The position numbers and the translations under genes are program-made. The notes beneath the pieces are model-generated. The model was not told where the DNA came from, did no database searches, and saw only the letters and a list, made by a program, of their open reading frames with translations. Below are positions 18,865 to 28,949 of a DNA stretch of 64,000 nt, one piece after another. Source of the DNA: an uncultured Nitrospinaceae bacterium (GTDB taxonomy: Bacteria; UBA8248); assembly GCA_964005815.1 (NCBI GenBank), contig CAXFSR010000017.1, positions 64,001 to 128,000 of the forward strand, read 5' to 3'. The first letter of the stretch is position 1. Each line of letters opens with the position of its first letter.

Positions 18865-20817
18865 ATGCCTAAAAAAAATAAAGAAATAATTTGGAAGCCA
18901 AACGAGGATTTCTTAAATAACAGTAATATCGCACTTTTAATGAAAAAAAATAACCTTTCAAATCATTCAGATTTAATAGAATGGTCACAGAAAGACCCTA
19001 CCATCTTTTCCAAAGCCATTTTGGAAGATATGGAAATCCAGTGGTATGAAGAATTTGAAGAAGTTCTAGACTTAAGTAATGGGTTTCCATGGGCAAAATG
19101 GTTTGTGGGTGGAAAAATCAATATTGTTTATAATTGTATCGACAAACATCTCACACAAGAAAAGAAGAACAATCATGCTCTAATTTGGGAAGGGGATGAT
19201 GGAACTAAAAGAACGTTTACTTATGAACAATTGTCTTTTGAAGTGTCTAAACTAGCAAATGCAATGAAGGAATTTGATCTTGAAATTGGAGATACTGTCG
19301 GTATTTTTATGCCTATGATTCCAGAAACTATTTTTGCAATGTTTGCTTGTTTTAAGATAGGTGTTATTGCAGTACCAATTTTCTCCGGATTTGGCTATGA
19401 AGCAGTTGCAGAGCGTCTTACTCATGCAAAAGTAAAACTTGTCTTCACTTCAAATTTCGGACTTCGAAGAGGAAAAGAAATTGCTATAAAAGCACTCTTA
19501 GACAAAGCCCTCAAAATAAACAATTCCGTGAAAAAAGTAGTTGTTTTTGAAAGAACTAAGTCATCCTATCCAATTTCAAAAAATAGAGATGTAAAATGGC
19601 ATGAATTTACTTTGAACAAATCTTCAGAATCTGAAACTATACCATTAGACTCTGAAGCAATTTCAATGATTATTTACACCTCAGGAACCACTGGTAAACC
19701 TAAGGGCACAATTCATACACATGCCGGTTGTCTAACTACTATCACAAAAGAAGTTAAATATTGCATGGACCTTAGAGATAACGACATTCTTTTCTGGCTC
19801 ACTGATATCGGGTGGATGATGGGACCATGGGAAATGATTGGAACACAAGTCCTTGGGAAAACATATTTAATATATGAAGGCACTCCAAATTGGCCAAATC
19901 CAGACAGACTTTGGCAACTTATCTCTGAACATAAAATAACTCATCTTGGAATCTCCCCTACAGCAATCCGACTACTTATAAATAGTGGAGAAAAATGGAC
20001 AAAAAAACACGATCTTTCTAGTTTGCGAGTACTTGCATCTACTGGTGAACCTTGGGACCCCGAATCATATATGTGGTATTTCGAAAAAATAGGAAATAAA
20101 CGTTGTCCAATTATGAATATTTCTGGAGGAACAGAAATTTGTGGTTGTCTTCTGCAGCCATATCCAATTATGGAATTATCTAAGTGCTCACTTGGAGGAC
20201 CTGCTTTAGGTGTTCATACCAACGTATACAACGAAGATGGAAAACCTGTACGTGGTGAAATAGGTCACTTAGTATGTACAAAGCCTATGCCATCAATGAC
20301 AAAAAGTTTTCTTTTGGATGATGAAAGATATTTAGAAACCTATTTTTCACGTTTCCCCAATACCTGGTATCACGGTGACTGGGCGATGGTGGATGAATTC
20401 GACCAATGGTTTCTCTTTGGCAGGTCAGACGACACAATTAATGTTGCTGGGAAAAGAGTAGGCCCTGCGGAAGTAGAATCTGAACTCATTCGACATCCTT
20501 CCGTTATTGAGGCTGCAGTTATAGGAACTCCTCATCCCATTAAAGGGGAAGGATTAACTTGTTTTGTAGTTATTAAAAAAGAATATGAAATGAACGACCA
20601 TCTTAGGGAAGAATTGAAGGATGAAACTACAAAATATTTAGGAAAAAGTCTTCGTCCTGAAACAATTAAATTTGTAGAAGGATTGCCCAAAACACGTTCA
20701 TCAAAAATAGTACGTGGTGCAATAAAAAAAATATATTTAGGAACTAATATGAATGAAATCGATACTTCTTCCATAGAGGATTCTTCACTTTTAGAAGCAA
20801 TCTCAAGAGCAAAATAA
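18865..20817 (+). CDS. AMP-forming acyl-CoA synthetase (acetyl/acetoacetyl-CoA ligase-like), tandem paralog
   Basis: Same motif set (YTSGTTGKPKG, STGEPW, NISGGTEI, PKTRSSKI); start moved to ATG 18865 just after the upstream stop. Confidence 0.9.
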   Translation: MPKKNKEIIWKPNEDFLNNSNIALLMKKNNLSNHSDLIEWSQKDPTIFSKAILEDMEIQWYEEFEEVLDLSNGFPWAKWFVGGKINIVYNCIDKHLTQEKKNNHALIWEGDDGTKRTFTYEQLSFEVSKLANAMKEFDLEIGDTVGIFMPMIPETIFAMFACFKIGVIAVPIFSGFGYEAVAERLTHAKVKLVFTSNFGLRRGKEIAIKALLDKALKINNSVKKVVVFERTKSSYPISKNRDVKWHEFTLNKSSESETIPLDSEAISMIIYTSGTTGKPKGTIHTHAGCLTTITKEVKYCMDLRDNDILFWLTDIGWMMGPWEMIGTQVLGKTYLIYEGTPNWPNPDRLWQLISEHKITHLGISPTAIRLLINSGEKWTKKHDLSSLRVLASTGEPWDPESYMWYFEKIGNKRCPIMNISGGTEICGCLLQPYPIMELSKCSLGGPALGVHTNVYNEDGKPVRGEIGHLVCTKPMPSMTKSFLLDDERYLETYFSRFPNTWYHGDWAMVDEFDQWFLFGRSDDTINVAGKRVGPAEVESELIRHPSVIEAAVIGTPHPIKGEGLTCFVVIKKEYEMNDHLREELKDETTKYLGKSLRPETIKFVEGLPKTRSSKIVRGAIKKIYLGTNMNEIDTSSIEDSSLLEAISRAK

Positions 20818-20821
20818 TCTT

Positions 20822-21826
20822 TTAAGACGAGACCTCGTAAAAATCCTTCACAAACTGGACAACGGCCATACTCTCACGCACCGGAACCTTAGTTTCTTTA
20901 GAACAAAGTATCGATTCGACAAAATCTGAATGATTTCTATACATAGAAAAAAGTTTAGAGGGAATCTCTTTTGGAATTTCCAAATCATTTTTGAATTCGG
21001 GCTGTTTGATCCCATCTTTATGAGACCAATCAACTATTCCCTTTCCTTCAACAATAGTACAACTTCCAAGAGTCCCATATAGAGATAATTGTTCCGGTGA
21101 ATTTGGATACGTGACTGTAGAAGCAGTCATGACCCCCAAAGTTCCGTTAACGAGTTCAACAATGCCGACTGCCAAATCTTCTTCCCTATAATCAGGACGA
21201 ACTGTCTTAGTAAAACCTGAAATTTTCTTATATGGACCGAGCATCCAAAGAAGCAAGTCCAGATAATGGATACCTTGATTCATCAACACACCGCCACCTG
21301 ACTCATGACCAGATGAACGCCAAGGTGCTTCTTCAAAATAATGATCATCTCTATGATAATTTATTGAGACTTCAAATAAAAAAATCTCTCCGAGTAAATT
21401 TTGTTCTAAAGCAAGTTTAAGAGATTGCACATCTGGATGAAAACGTTTTTGTGACACTACAGACAAATTTAATTCTTTATCTTCGAAGAACTGAATCAAA
21501 GATTTGCAAGATTCTATCTCTGTTGCAAGAGGTTTTTCAATAAGAACATGTTTCTCTAACTTACCTGCATTCATTGCCTGTTCGGCATGCAGATAGGAAG
21601 GAGAGGCGATTAAAACTGCATCGACATCCTCCCTATTAATCGCGTCTTCAATTTCTGATGAATATTGGCATTTATATTTTTCGGAGAAATTTTTGCCGCG
21701 AGACTCATCAAGATCATACGCAGAAATTATTCTTGCATTTGTAATAGATGATAAAACCTGTGCATGTCTATCTCCCATAAGACCACAGCCTATCAAAGCA
21801 AAACCTACAGAAAGTTTTTCTTCCAA
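20822..21826 (-). CDS. Gfo/Idh/MocA oxidoreductase, WbpB/GnnA-like nucleotide-sugar 3-dehydrogenase
   Basis: LIGCG, HVLIEKPLA, GGGVLMNQGIHYLDLL; at the end of a sugar operon with a DegT aminotransferase. Confidence 0.82.
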   Translation of the reverse strand: MEEKLSVGFALIGCGLMGDRHAQVLSSITNARIISAYDLDESRGKNFSEKYKCQYSSEIEDAINREDVDAVLIASPSYLHAEQAMNAGKLEKHVLIEKPLATEIESCKSLIQFFEDKELNLSVVSQKRFHPDVQSLKLALEQNLLGEIFLFEVSINYHRDDHYFEEAPWRSSGHESGGGVLMNQGIHYLDLLLWMLGPYKKISGFTKTVRPDYREEDLAVGIVELVNGTLGVMTASTVTYPNSPEQLSLYGTLGSCTIVEGKGIVDWSHKDGIKQPEFKNDLEIPKEIPSKLFSMYRNHSDFVESILCSKETKVPVRESMAVVQFVKDFYEVSS

Positions 21827-21850
21827 ATCAACCTCTTTTAAAATAAAAAA

Positions 21851-22135
21851 TCACGATGACATTTTTTTTTCTTTTGCAATAAGCATCAAATTTCTAGTAT
21901 ATGGAACAAAGTTAGGTAAATAGGCAAGCACACCTATAATACTACCTCTTTGAAAAAAATAGATAAGTAAAATTATAGATCCACCTAAGCTAAGATACCA
22001 AAATATTTCTGGAACGATACTTCTCCCTGCTCGCTCACTTTGTATCCACTGCACGAGAAATCTAGAACCAAAACAAGCATTCCCAACCAACCCAAAAAGT
22101 TCCCAAGGTCCTAAATCAAACCCCCAAACTTGCAT
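21851..22135 (-). CDS. LAB-N (lipid A biosynthesis N-terminal) domain membrane protein
   Basis: FGSRFLVQWIQSERAGRSIVPEIFWYLSLGG..ILLIY and YTRNL signature. Confidence 0.88.
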   Translation of the reverse strand: MQVWGFDLGPWELFGLVGNACFGSRFLVQWIQSERAGRSIVPEIFWYLSLGGSIILLIYFFQRGSIIGVLAYLPNFVPYTRNLMLIAKEKKMSS

Positions 22136-22168
22136 TATGTTCTCCTTATTGAGACCAATAAATTTTAT

Positions 22169-22873
22169 CTATTTTTTAAAGGGCGAAACAAATCTTTTCT
22201 TGTACCAATAAATCGCAAGAGTATCTACAAAACCTACAAAAATTCTATTTCCCATTCCATATTTTGACACTCCAGACTTTCTAGGGCGATCTTTTATAAG
22301 GACTTGATTAACTTTGATACCATGGAATTGGAGTATTGTTGGAAGAAATCTATGCATTCCCCTAAAGGGAACTAGATCAACTAGAACTTCTTTTCTAAAA
22401 ACTCTATAAGTACACCCAGCGTCTTTGATACCATCTCTTAAAATCGTATTTCTAAAAATATTTGCGATTTTCGTTGATATTTTTTTACTTAGAGAATCTG
22501 CTCTGCTAGGGCGAATTCCGCATACGGCACCATAACCTTCAAGAGAATCTATTAAATAAGGCAGATCTGCAGGATCATTCTGCAGATCTGCGTCCATTGT
22601 AACAACAATTGCTCCTCTAGATGACCTGAATCCTGTTAATTGAGCTGCACTCTCTCCCTGATTAACCAAATGAGAAAGGAGAACAACTTCATTCCTATCT
22701 ATATTTCGAATCTTCTGGGCAGTAGCATCTGAACTACAATCATCAACAAAAATCACTTCCCAAGTCGTATCTAAACTCTCAAGTACAGGATATAGTTCAT
22801 CCCAGAGAGAAGAAATATTATCCTCTTCATTAAAACATGGGATTATGACACTTATACCTAGATTACTATCCAT
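22169..22873 (-). CDS. GT2 polyprenyl-phosphate glycosyltransferase (ArnC/DPM1-like)
   Basis: SVIIPCFNEE, VDDCSSD, MDADLQNDP, DAGC, MHRFLP, GVSKY; ATG overlaps the upstream stop. Confidence 0.88.
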   Translation of the reverse strand: MDSNLGISVIIPCFNEEDNISSLWDELYPVLESLDTTWEVIFVDDCSSDATAQKIRNIDRNEVVLLSHLVNQGESAAQLTGFRSSRGAIVVTMDADLQNDPADLPYLIDSLEGYGAVCGIRPSRADSLSKKISTKIANIFRNTILRDGIKDAGCTYRVFRKEVLVDLVPFRGMHRFLPTILQFHGIKVNQVLIKDRPRKSGVSKYGMGNRIFVGFVDTLAIYWYKKRFVSPFKK

Positions 22874-24308
22874 AAATAGATTCACAATCTTTAAAATTAA
22901 AGAAAGACAAATCCTTCTTTACAATTTTTTCATTAAAGTAAAAAGTCACTTGTGAACGTTTCCTATGACGATCATAAGATTTCCATTCTTCAAAATAACC
23001 ACAAAAAATAATAAAAAAGCAAGACAAAACAACAAAGGAAAAATATATTGATAATTGGATTTTTTCTAGCAAGAATAATCTAATAGAAAACAGATAGATA
23101 CAAACAGAGAAAATTATTATAAGAAGTGGAACAAATTTATATTCTAAATAAGAAATAATAAAAAAAGCAGCTCCTGAAACCATAATAAAAAGAACCAGCA
23201 TGTAAGACACTGTAGACCAATAAAAGAATCTTTTCATTTGATTTTGACTAGATTCAGTCTGATCAAGAATTACTCTTCCAACCATTAAAGATAAAAGTGG
23301 TAAAATAGGCAAAATATAGTGTGGCTGTTTTGCCGGAATAAAAGCAAAGCAAAGAAAGACAATTAAAAATGGGAAAACTACGTAAGTCCATTCATCAGAA
23401 AATAACATTTTTCTTTTTTTCCAAAAAAAGAAAAATGTTATAGGAATAAAAACAGAAAATGGAAGGAATAGATCCCATATTCGGAAAAAATAATAATAAA
23501 AAGGTTTGAAATGTTGTGCAGTTTCTCCAACAATTTTCAAATCGAATGGTTGTCCCCCTTCTAAGAGGAACCAATACATTGCTTCATCTGGGTTCCAAAG
23601 ATAAAGCAACCAGTACCAACTTACGGAAACTAAAAGAGTGATTAATGACATAAATATAATATCAAAAGAAAAAATCCTGCGTAATCTTTTCTTAACCGCA
23701 AGAATTAGTAAAATTGGCAATACAACAACAAGAAAAATAACGTGGGCCTTCGCAAGAAATGCAATGGAAAACATAAAGAAAAATGAAACAAACAAAAAGA
23801 TATTATATCTTTTGATTATCTTTTGAAAAATATATAAACAGGCGAAACAGGATGCCGAGAAAATCATATCCGGTGCTCCTCTTCGAGCAAGGACAACAAA
23901 TAAATAAGCAGAAAAAGTTATAAAAACGGAGAGAATCCCTAGATGGTCCCCACCTAACTCTTTTCCCCAAAGGAAAACAATAAAAAGCATAAGAAAAGCG
24001 GCTATCAAAGAAGGTATTCTAATTGAGTACCAACTAACGCTTCCAAAAAAATAAGAAATATATGAAGCAGTCCAATGATAAAAAGGTGGTTTTGTAATAT
24101 AGGGCTTTCCATCTATCTTAGGTACTAAGAGATCGTTAGTTTCAACCATCCCTTTCACAATTTTAATACTTCGTATCTCAACTGGCAACTTTGCAAGACC
24201 ACCACCTATATTGAGAGAGATTAAAAAGAAGGGAACAAAAAGAATCCACAATTTAAATTGAGAAAAGAAATTTAAGATAAAAGATAAAAATGATTTTTCG
24301 GAAATCAT
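22866..24308 (-). CDS. ArnT/GT83 (PMT-like) integral membrane glycosyltransferase
   Basis: MVETNDLLVP, KPPFYHW, IRIPS, LAK, H.KPFYYY, KQPHYILP; multi-TM. Confidence 0.85.
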   Translation of the reverse strand: MISEKSFLSFILNFFSQFKLWILFVPFFLISLNIGGGLAKLPVEIRSIKIVKGMVETNDLLVPKIDGKPYITKPPFYHWTASYISYFFGSVSWYSIRIPSLIAAFLMLFIVFLWGKELGGDHLGILSVFITFSAYLFVVLARRGAPDMIFSASCFACLYIFQKIIKRYNIFLFVSFFFMFSIAFLAKAHVIFLVVVLPILLILAVKKRLRRIFSFDIIFMSLITLLVSVSWYWLLYLWNPDEAMYWFLLEGGQPFDLKIVGETAQHFKPFYYYFFRIWDLFLPFSVFIPITFFFFWKKRKMLFSDEWTYVVFPFLIVFLCFAFIPAKQPHYILPILPLLSLMVGRVILDQTESSQNQMKRFFYWSTVSYMLVLFIMVSGAAFFIISYLEYKFVPLLIIIFSVCIYLFSIRLFLLEKIQLSIYFSFVVLSCFFIIFCGYFEEWKSYDRHRKRSQVTFYFNEKIVKKDLSFFNFKDCESIYG

Positions 24309-24311
24309 AAC

Positions 24312-25430
24312 TTACGAACTTATGTCCATATAAGAAAATTCATTAACTTTCTCCAACACATAATCTACTTTACTCTCTTCCATATAAGGATAGATTGGCA
24401 AAGATAAGACATCGTCTCCATAGTTTTCAGCAACAGGAAATGAACCTTTTGGATAAGACAAAAATTCATACGCGGGATGAAGATGTACTGGAATGGGATA
24501 ATGTAATCCCGTGCCAATTCCGGCATCATTTAGGAATTTTGACATTGAATCTCTTTTAGAGGTCCTTATAACAAATAGATGCCAAGCTGGAGTTGAACCT
24601 GATGTAAAACTTGGAAGAATCAGTCCGGGAGTATTTTTTAAACCTTCTAAGTATTTCTTTGCGACAGAATTTCTCATTTCATTCCACAATTTCAATAGAG
24701 GAAGTTTTGTCTTTAAAACCGCAGCTTGAATTGAGTCTATTCTATCATTTAACCCTACAGTACTGTGAACATATTTCTCTGTTCTTCCGTGATTTGCATA
24801 TGCTCTTATTTTTTCAGATAAATCTTGATCGTCTGTTGTAATCGCGCCGCTATCTCCAAATCCTCCTAAACACTTCGAAGGGAAAAAAGAATAACAAGAA
24901 ATTAAGCCGAAAGTACCTACTCTTTGTCCATCAATAAAAGCTCCTTGCGCCTGAGCCACATCTTCAATAAGCGTTAGTCCTTTTTCTATACAAATTTCAT
25001 GTAATTCTTTGATAGGTGCAGGAATACCATAAAGATGAACAGGAAGTATGACTTTTGTATTTGAATTGATAGAATTTTTAACTGACTCAAGTGAAATCTG
25101 TGCAGTATCAATATCTACATCACAAAGAACCGGTTTAAGTCCTGCCTGGACAATTGCCTCAACTGTAGGCACAGCAGTCAAAGTAGTCGTTATCACTTCT
25201 GACTCTTCAGGTAAATCGAGAGACTTCAACGCAAGGATAAGTGCGGAAGTCCCGCTTTTCAAACCTACTGCGCAATCTCTATTTTCTAAATCGGCTAATA
25301 AATTCTCAAATTCTTTCACCGCAGTCCCACCAATAAAACTCGTTTTAGAGATAATATTCATCAGTTCGGTATCTATTTCATCTTTAAGGTTTAGATACTG
25401 GGGAAGTAAATCGACAAATGGGACTTTCAT
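24312..25430 (-). CDS. DegT/DnrJ/EryC1/StrS PLP aminotransferase
   Basis: VPFVDL, PVHLYG, IEDVAQAQGA, SFFPSKCLGGFGDSG (PLP Lys), LSLP; ATG 25430 or GTG 25451 start. Confidence 0.92.
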   Translation of the reverse strand: MKVPFVDLLPQYLNLKDEIDTELMNIISKTSFIGGTAVKEFENLLADLENRDCAVGLKSGTSALILALKSLDLPEESEVITTTLTAVPTVEAIVQAGLKPVLCDVDIDTAQISLESVKNSINSNTKVILPVHLYGIPAPIKELHEICIEKGLTLIEDVAQAQGAFIDGQRVGTFGLISCYSFFPSKCLGGFGDSGAITTDDQDLSEKIRAYANHGRTEKYVHSTVGLNDRIDSIQAAVLKTKLPLLKLWNEMRNSVAKKYLEGLKNTPGLILPSFTSGSTPAWHLFVIRTSKRDSMSKFLNDAGIGTGLHYPIPVHLHPAYEFLSYPKGSFPVAENYGDDVLSLPIYPYMEESKVDYVLEKVNEFSYMDISS

Positions 25431-25678
25431 GAAACTATTCTTCCTCTCCACTTGAATAAAAGATATTTAATAATCTGACTTAAAATTTTTTAAAAATCTA
25501 CAATCATACGAATAATCTAATTGTATAAAAATACAAATTCAAGGCGAATTAAAATCTAAAAGAAGTTTCTTTAGAATTTTTGATTCTAAAAAATATTAGC
25601 ATGAAACCTAGCTATATTTAATCGAAAAACGATAAAATACAGTTTCACTATTCTCAATCATAATCTCCAGGTGGAACT

Positions 25679-26437
25679 TTGGAAATAAATTCAGAAATTA
25701 TTATCATATTCGTGATCTGCTCGTTTTTTATAGGATTTTTTAAAAGTACATTTACTACTGGAATAGGATTAGTTCTCTTTCCAGTACTTGCACTTTTTTG
25801 GCCCACTAAACTAATCCTTGGAATAATTGCTGTTTTAATGTGGCTGACAGACTATTCAGCAGGTTCTCTTTTTTGGAAAAAATGGGAAAGTTCACTTATT
25901 AAAATCGTAGTTCCCGGATTTTATATAGGAATCTTTATAGGGACATTTTTACTGATTCAACTATCAGATTTTTGGCTTAGGAAATTTCTAGGGATTGCCT
26001 GTATTATTTTTTCTTTTTTCCAAATCTGGAATGAAAAACAAAACAAATCATCGGAATCGAATGTAAGCAACTCAAAACTTAGTAGTTCTACTTCTGGAGT
26101 AATTTTGGGTATTATTGGTGGAATTACAAGTGCCATGTTCCACGCTGGTGGTTTAATCCTTAGTCTATTTTATCTAAATAGAGGTCTAAAGAAAATCCCT
26201 CTTGTTGCAACAATCATTTTCACATGGTTTTGGGTAAATCCTTTTAAAGTTATGAATTTTTGGTATCATGATTTAGTGAATAAGGAAATGATCTTTATTG
26301 CTATCTTGATGTTTCCAGTAAGTTTCTTAGGAAGTTGGATAGGGAGAAAACTTCTTTATCTTGTCCCCCAAAACGTTTTTAATTTTGGTCTCCTTTTTTT
26401 AGCTTTGCTCACTGCTTCGAAGCTTATAATAGAATAA
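25679..26437 (+). CDS. Sulfite exporter TauE/SafE family membrane protein
   Basis: About 250 aa hydrophobic protein with two Gly-rich repeats (GFFKS..TTGIG; GGITSAMFHAGG) and GSWIGRKL. Confidence 0.75.
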   Translation: MEINSEIIIIFVICSFFIGFFKSTFTTGIGLVLFPVLALFWPTKLILGIIAVLMWLTDYSAGSLFWKKWESSLIKIVVPGFYIGIFIGTFLLIQLSDFWLRKFLGIACIIFSFFQIWNEKQNKSSESNVSNSKLSSSTSGVILGIIGGITSAMFHAGGLILSLFYLNRGLKKIPLVATIIFTWFWVNPFKVMNFWYHDLVNKEMIFIAILMFPVSFLGSWIGRKLLYLVPQNVFNFGLLFLALLTASKLIIE

Positions 26438-26454
26438 TATTTCAGGAGTCATAA

Positions 26455-27543
26455 GTGTCATTTTCTATAGATAATAAATTTCCAACAAGGATAATAGACT
26501 CAGATGTTCATCATGTTCCTCCTTCAACAGAGTCTCTTTTCCCATATCTAGCAAAACACTGGATAAATTATATCAACGAAACTGGATATAAATCGCTACC
26601 GCAAGTCTCTTATCCTAAAACCGGACACGGAGGTGTAAGACAGGATTCTTTCCCACAAAATGGAGGGCCTCCTGGTTCTGATTTGTCATTTTTTCAAAAA
26701 CAAGTTTTAGATGAATATAACATTAGTTATGCGATCCTAAATGGAACTTATTACAATGTTTCATTCTTAGGAATCCCTGAATTTGGGGCCTCTTTAGCAT
26801 CTGCTCATAATAATTGGACAATTGAAAATTGGTTGCAAAAAGATTCCCGTCTTTTAGGATCGATTACTGTCTCTCTAAGTGACCCTAATCATGCAGTGGA
26901 AGAAATTAAAAGAGTCGGTCAAAGAAAGGACATGGTACAAGTCCTTTTCCCGGCTGGATCTCACTCTCCATATGGACAGAGAAAATTTCACAAAATTTAT
27001 GAAATCGCAGAAGATTTAGAACTTCCTATTGCCATTCACTTTGGAGGCACAGGAGTCGGAACGGCTCCACCACCAACTGCTGTAGGTTGGCCTACGTATT
27101 ATATTGAATGGCATACATCTATGACTCAGGCTTTTATGACTCATGCAACAAGTTTTATTTGTGAAGGTGTATTTGAAACTTTTCCAAAATTAAAAATTAT
27201 CCTGATAGAAGGTGGCGTTGCTTGGATTCCTGGTTTGCTTTGGAGATTAGACAAAAATTTTCTAGGGCTCCGACATGAAGTCCCATGGGTAAAACGGTTA
27301 CCTAGTGAGTATTTCTTTGATCACTTCAAAATAACTACACAACCTATGGAAGAACCAGAATCAACACAAGATCTCTTAGAAATGTTTAGAATGGTAAAAG
27401 CTGAGAAAACATTATTTTTTGCCACTGATTATCCCCACTGGGATTTTGATTCCCCTACACATGCCTTACCCAATACTCTAGACGAACAAACCAGAGAAAG
27501 AATAATGTTCAAGAATGCAAAAGAGACATATAATTTACATTAA
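26455..27543 (+). CDS. Amidohydrolase-2 family metalloenzyme (possible amidohydrolase-related dinuclear oxygenase subunit)
   Basis: [42 protein letters not shown]. Confidence 0.85.
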   Translation: MSFSIDNKFPTRIIDSDVHHVPPSTESLFPYLAKHWINYINETGYKSLPQVSYPKTGHGGVRQDSFPQNGGPPGSDLSFFQKQVLDEYNISYAILNGTYYNVSFLGIPEFGASLASAHNNWTIENWLQKDSRLLGSITVSLSDPNHAVEEIKRVGQRKDMVQVLFPAGSHSPYGQRKFHKIYEIAEDLELPIAIHFGGTGVGTAPPPTAVGWPTYYIEWHTSMTQAFMTHATSFICEGVFETFPKLKIILIEGGVAWIPGLLWRLDKNFLGLRHEVPWVKRLPSEYFFDHFKITTQPMEEPESTQDLLEMFRMVKAEKTLFFATDYPHWDFDSPTHALPNTLDEQTRERIMFKNAKETYNLH

Positions 27544-27547
27544 ACAC

Positions 27548-28450
27548 TCAAGTACTTTCCTTGTTTACTAGATAGATACCAAGCGCAATAAGGAAAGAAC
27601 CTGTTATCATAAAAAATGTTAATGGTTCTGAAAGAATAAGTGCCCCAAGAAAAACACCAAACAAAGGACATAGGAACATAAAAGCACTCACTCTTTTAGC
27701 AGGGAATTCTTTGATTAACCAAATCCATAAAATTATAGTTAATCCAGTACCAACAATTCCATTAAAACCAACCCCAGTAATCACATTTAAATCGACTGTG
27801 TCGGGAAGAGATTCATTAAAAATAAAGGCTAATAAAACGAATGGAATGACCGCAAAAAGCTGTGTCCATGCCGTAATTCTATACGCGTCTACCCCTACAA
27901 GATTCATTTTGAGATATAAAGATTGATATGCCCATACCAAAGCAGCAAGAATTACAAGAACATCTCCAAACCAAGTACTACCGCCTTTCGAAGAGAGATT
28001 GTCACCAAACAAAAAAACCATCCCTGCAAATGCAGAAACAAAACCTATTACCGCTTTCAAACCAACTTTCTCTTCTTTCGCAATCAATGTAGCTAGTGCC
28101 ACATACAAAAGTGGTTGAACATATAAAAATAATGAGGCTCGTCCCGCCGTACTATATACCAAGCCATTATAATACAAGAGAAAAACAAGATTATGGAGAA
28201 AAATATTCACCCAAAAACTCGGTTTACTGCCTTTCCCCGTTATCTTTGGCGGACTGAATTTAGACTGCATTATAAAAATTAGGATAAAAACTGTTATTGC
28301 TGAAACAAGACTTCTCATCCAAAGAAAGGAAAATGGCTCTAAAGAACGTAATCCAATTTTTGCAGTTGAAAAACTAAGGCCCCACAAAAAAGTCACAGAA
28401 ATAACTAAAATCCAAAAACGCAAGTAAATTCCCATCCAATTAAAAAACAA
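27548..28450 (-). CDS. DMT/EamA family transporter (two EamA repeats)
   Basis: LWGLSF..AK, STAGRAS, QP, GD.LVI.AA..WA, LSEPLT; start could be ATG 28435. Confidence 0.87.
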   Translation of the reverse strand: MFFNWMGIYLRFWILVISVTFLWGLSFSTAKIGLRSLEPFSFLWMRSLVSAITVFILIFIMQSKFSPPKITGKGSKPSFWVNIFLHNLVFLLYYNGLVYSTAGRASLFLYVQPLLYVALATLIAKEEKVGLKAVIGFVSAFAGMVFLFGDNLSSKGGSTWFGDVLVILAALVWAYQSLYLKMNLVGVDAYRITAWTQLFAVIPFVLLAFIFNESLPDTVDLNVITGVGFNGIVGTGLTIILWIWLIKEFPAKRVSAFMFLCPLFGVFLGALILSEPLTFFMITGSFLIALGIYLVNKEST

Positions 28451-28577
28451 ATATATTTCTATTTATGCAGATAACATTAGAATTAATGATAAATCAAACG
28501 AAGAAAGAGAACTTTGTAAAACCACAAGGCTATCAAGTATTTCTACGATTTGATAATATCTCTTACAAAGGAGATTG

Positions 28578-28937
28578 ATGATGGCTAGGATAACTTTCAA
28601 ACCTAAAAGAAAACTAATAAAGAATAAAAAAACGGCAAGTACAAGTTCAAACCAAAATATATCTGCAAAAGAAATTGCAGAGAAACTTAAAAGATATTCA
28701 GTTGTAAGTAAAAATGCTCCTGAATATAGAATTAAATCTCTAGAACTACATGGGTGGATTTGTGCGAAATGTGGAAGGGAGTTTAACGAAACGAACTTAC
28801 ACGAACTTACTGTTCATCACAAAGACAGTAATCATAAAAATAATCCTTCAGATGGAAGTAATTGGGAAAACCTATGTATACACTGTCATGAAGATGAACA
28901 TTCTAGAGATATTTTAAGCGACCATATCACGAAATAA
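28578..28937 (+). CDS. yajD: YajD-family HNH nuclease
   Basis: CAKCGREF, LTVHHKD.NH.NNP.DGSNWENLCIHCH..EH. Confidence 0.85.
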   Translation: MMARITFKPKRKLIKNKKTASTSSNQNISAKEIAEKLKRYSVVSKNAPEYRIKSLELHGWICAKCGREFNETNLHELTVHHKDSNHKNNPSDGSNWENLCIHCHEDEHSRDILSDHITK

Positions 28938-28949
28938 GAAAGCTATTTT

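Noticed and set aside
28578..28937. HNH nuclease as a defence or mobile element
   Set aside because: Matches the small YajD family and sits in an operon with aroA; no methylase, repeats or mobile context
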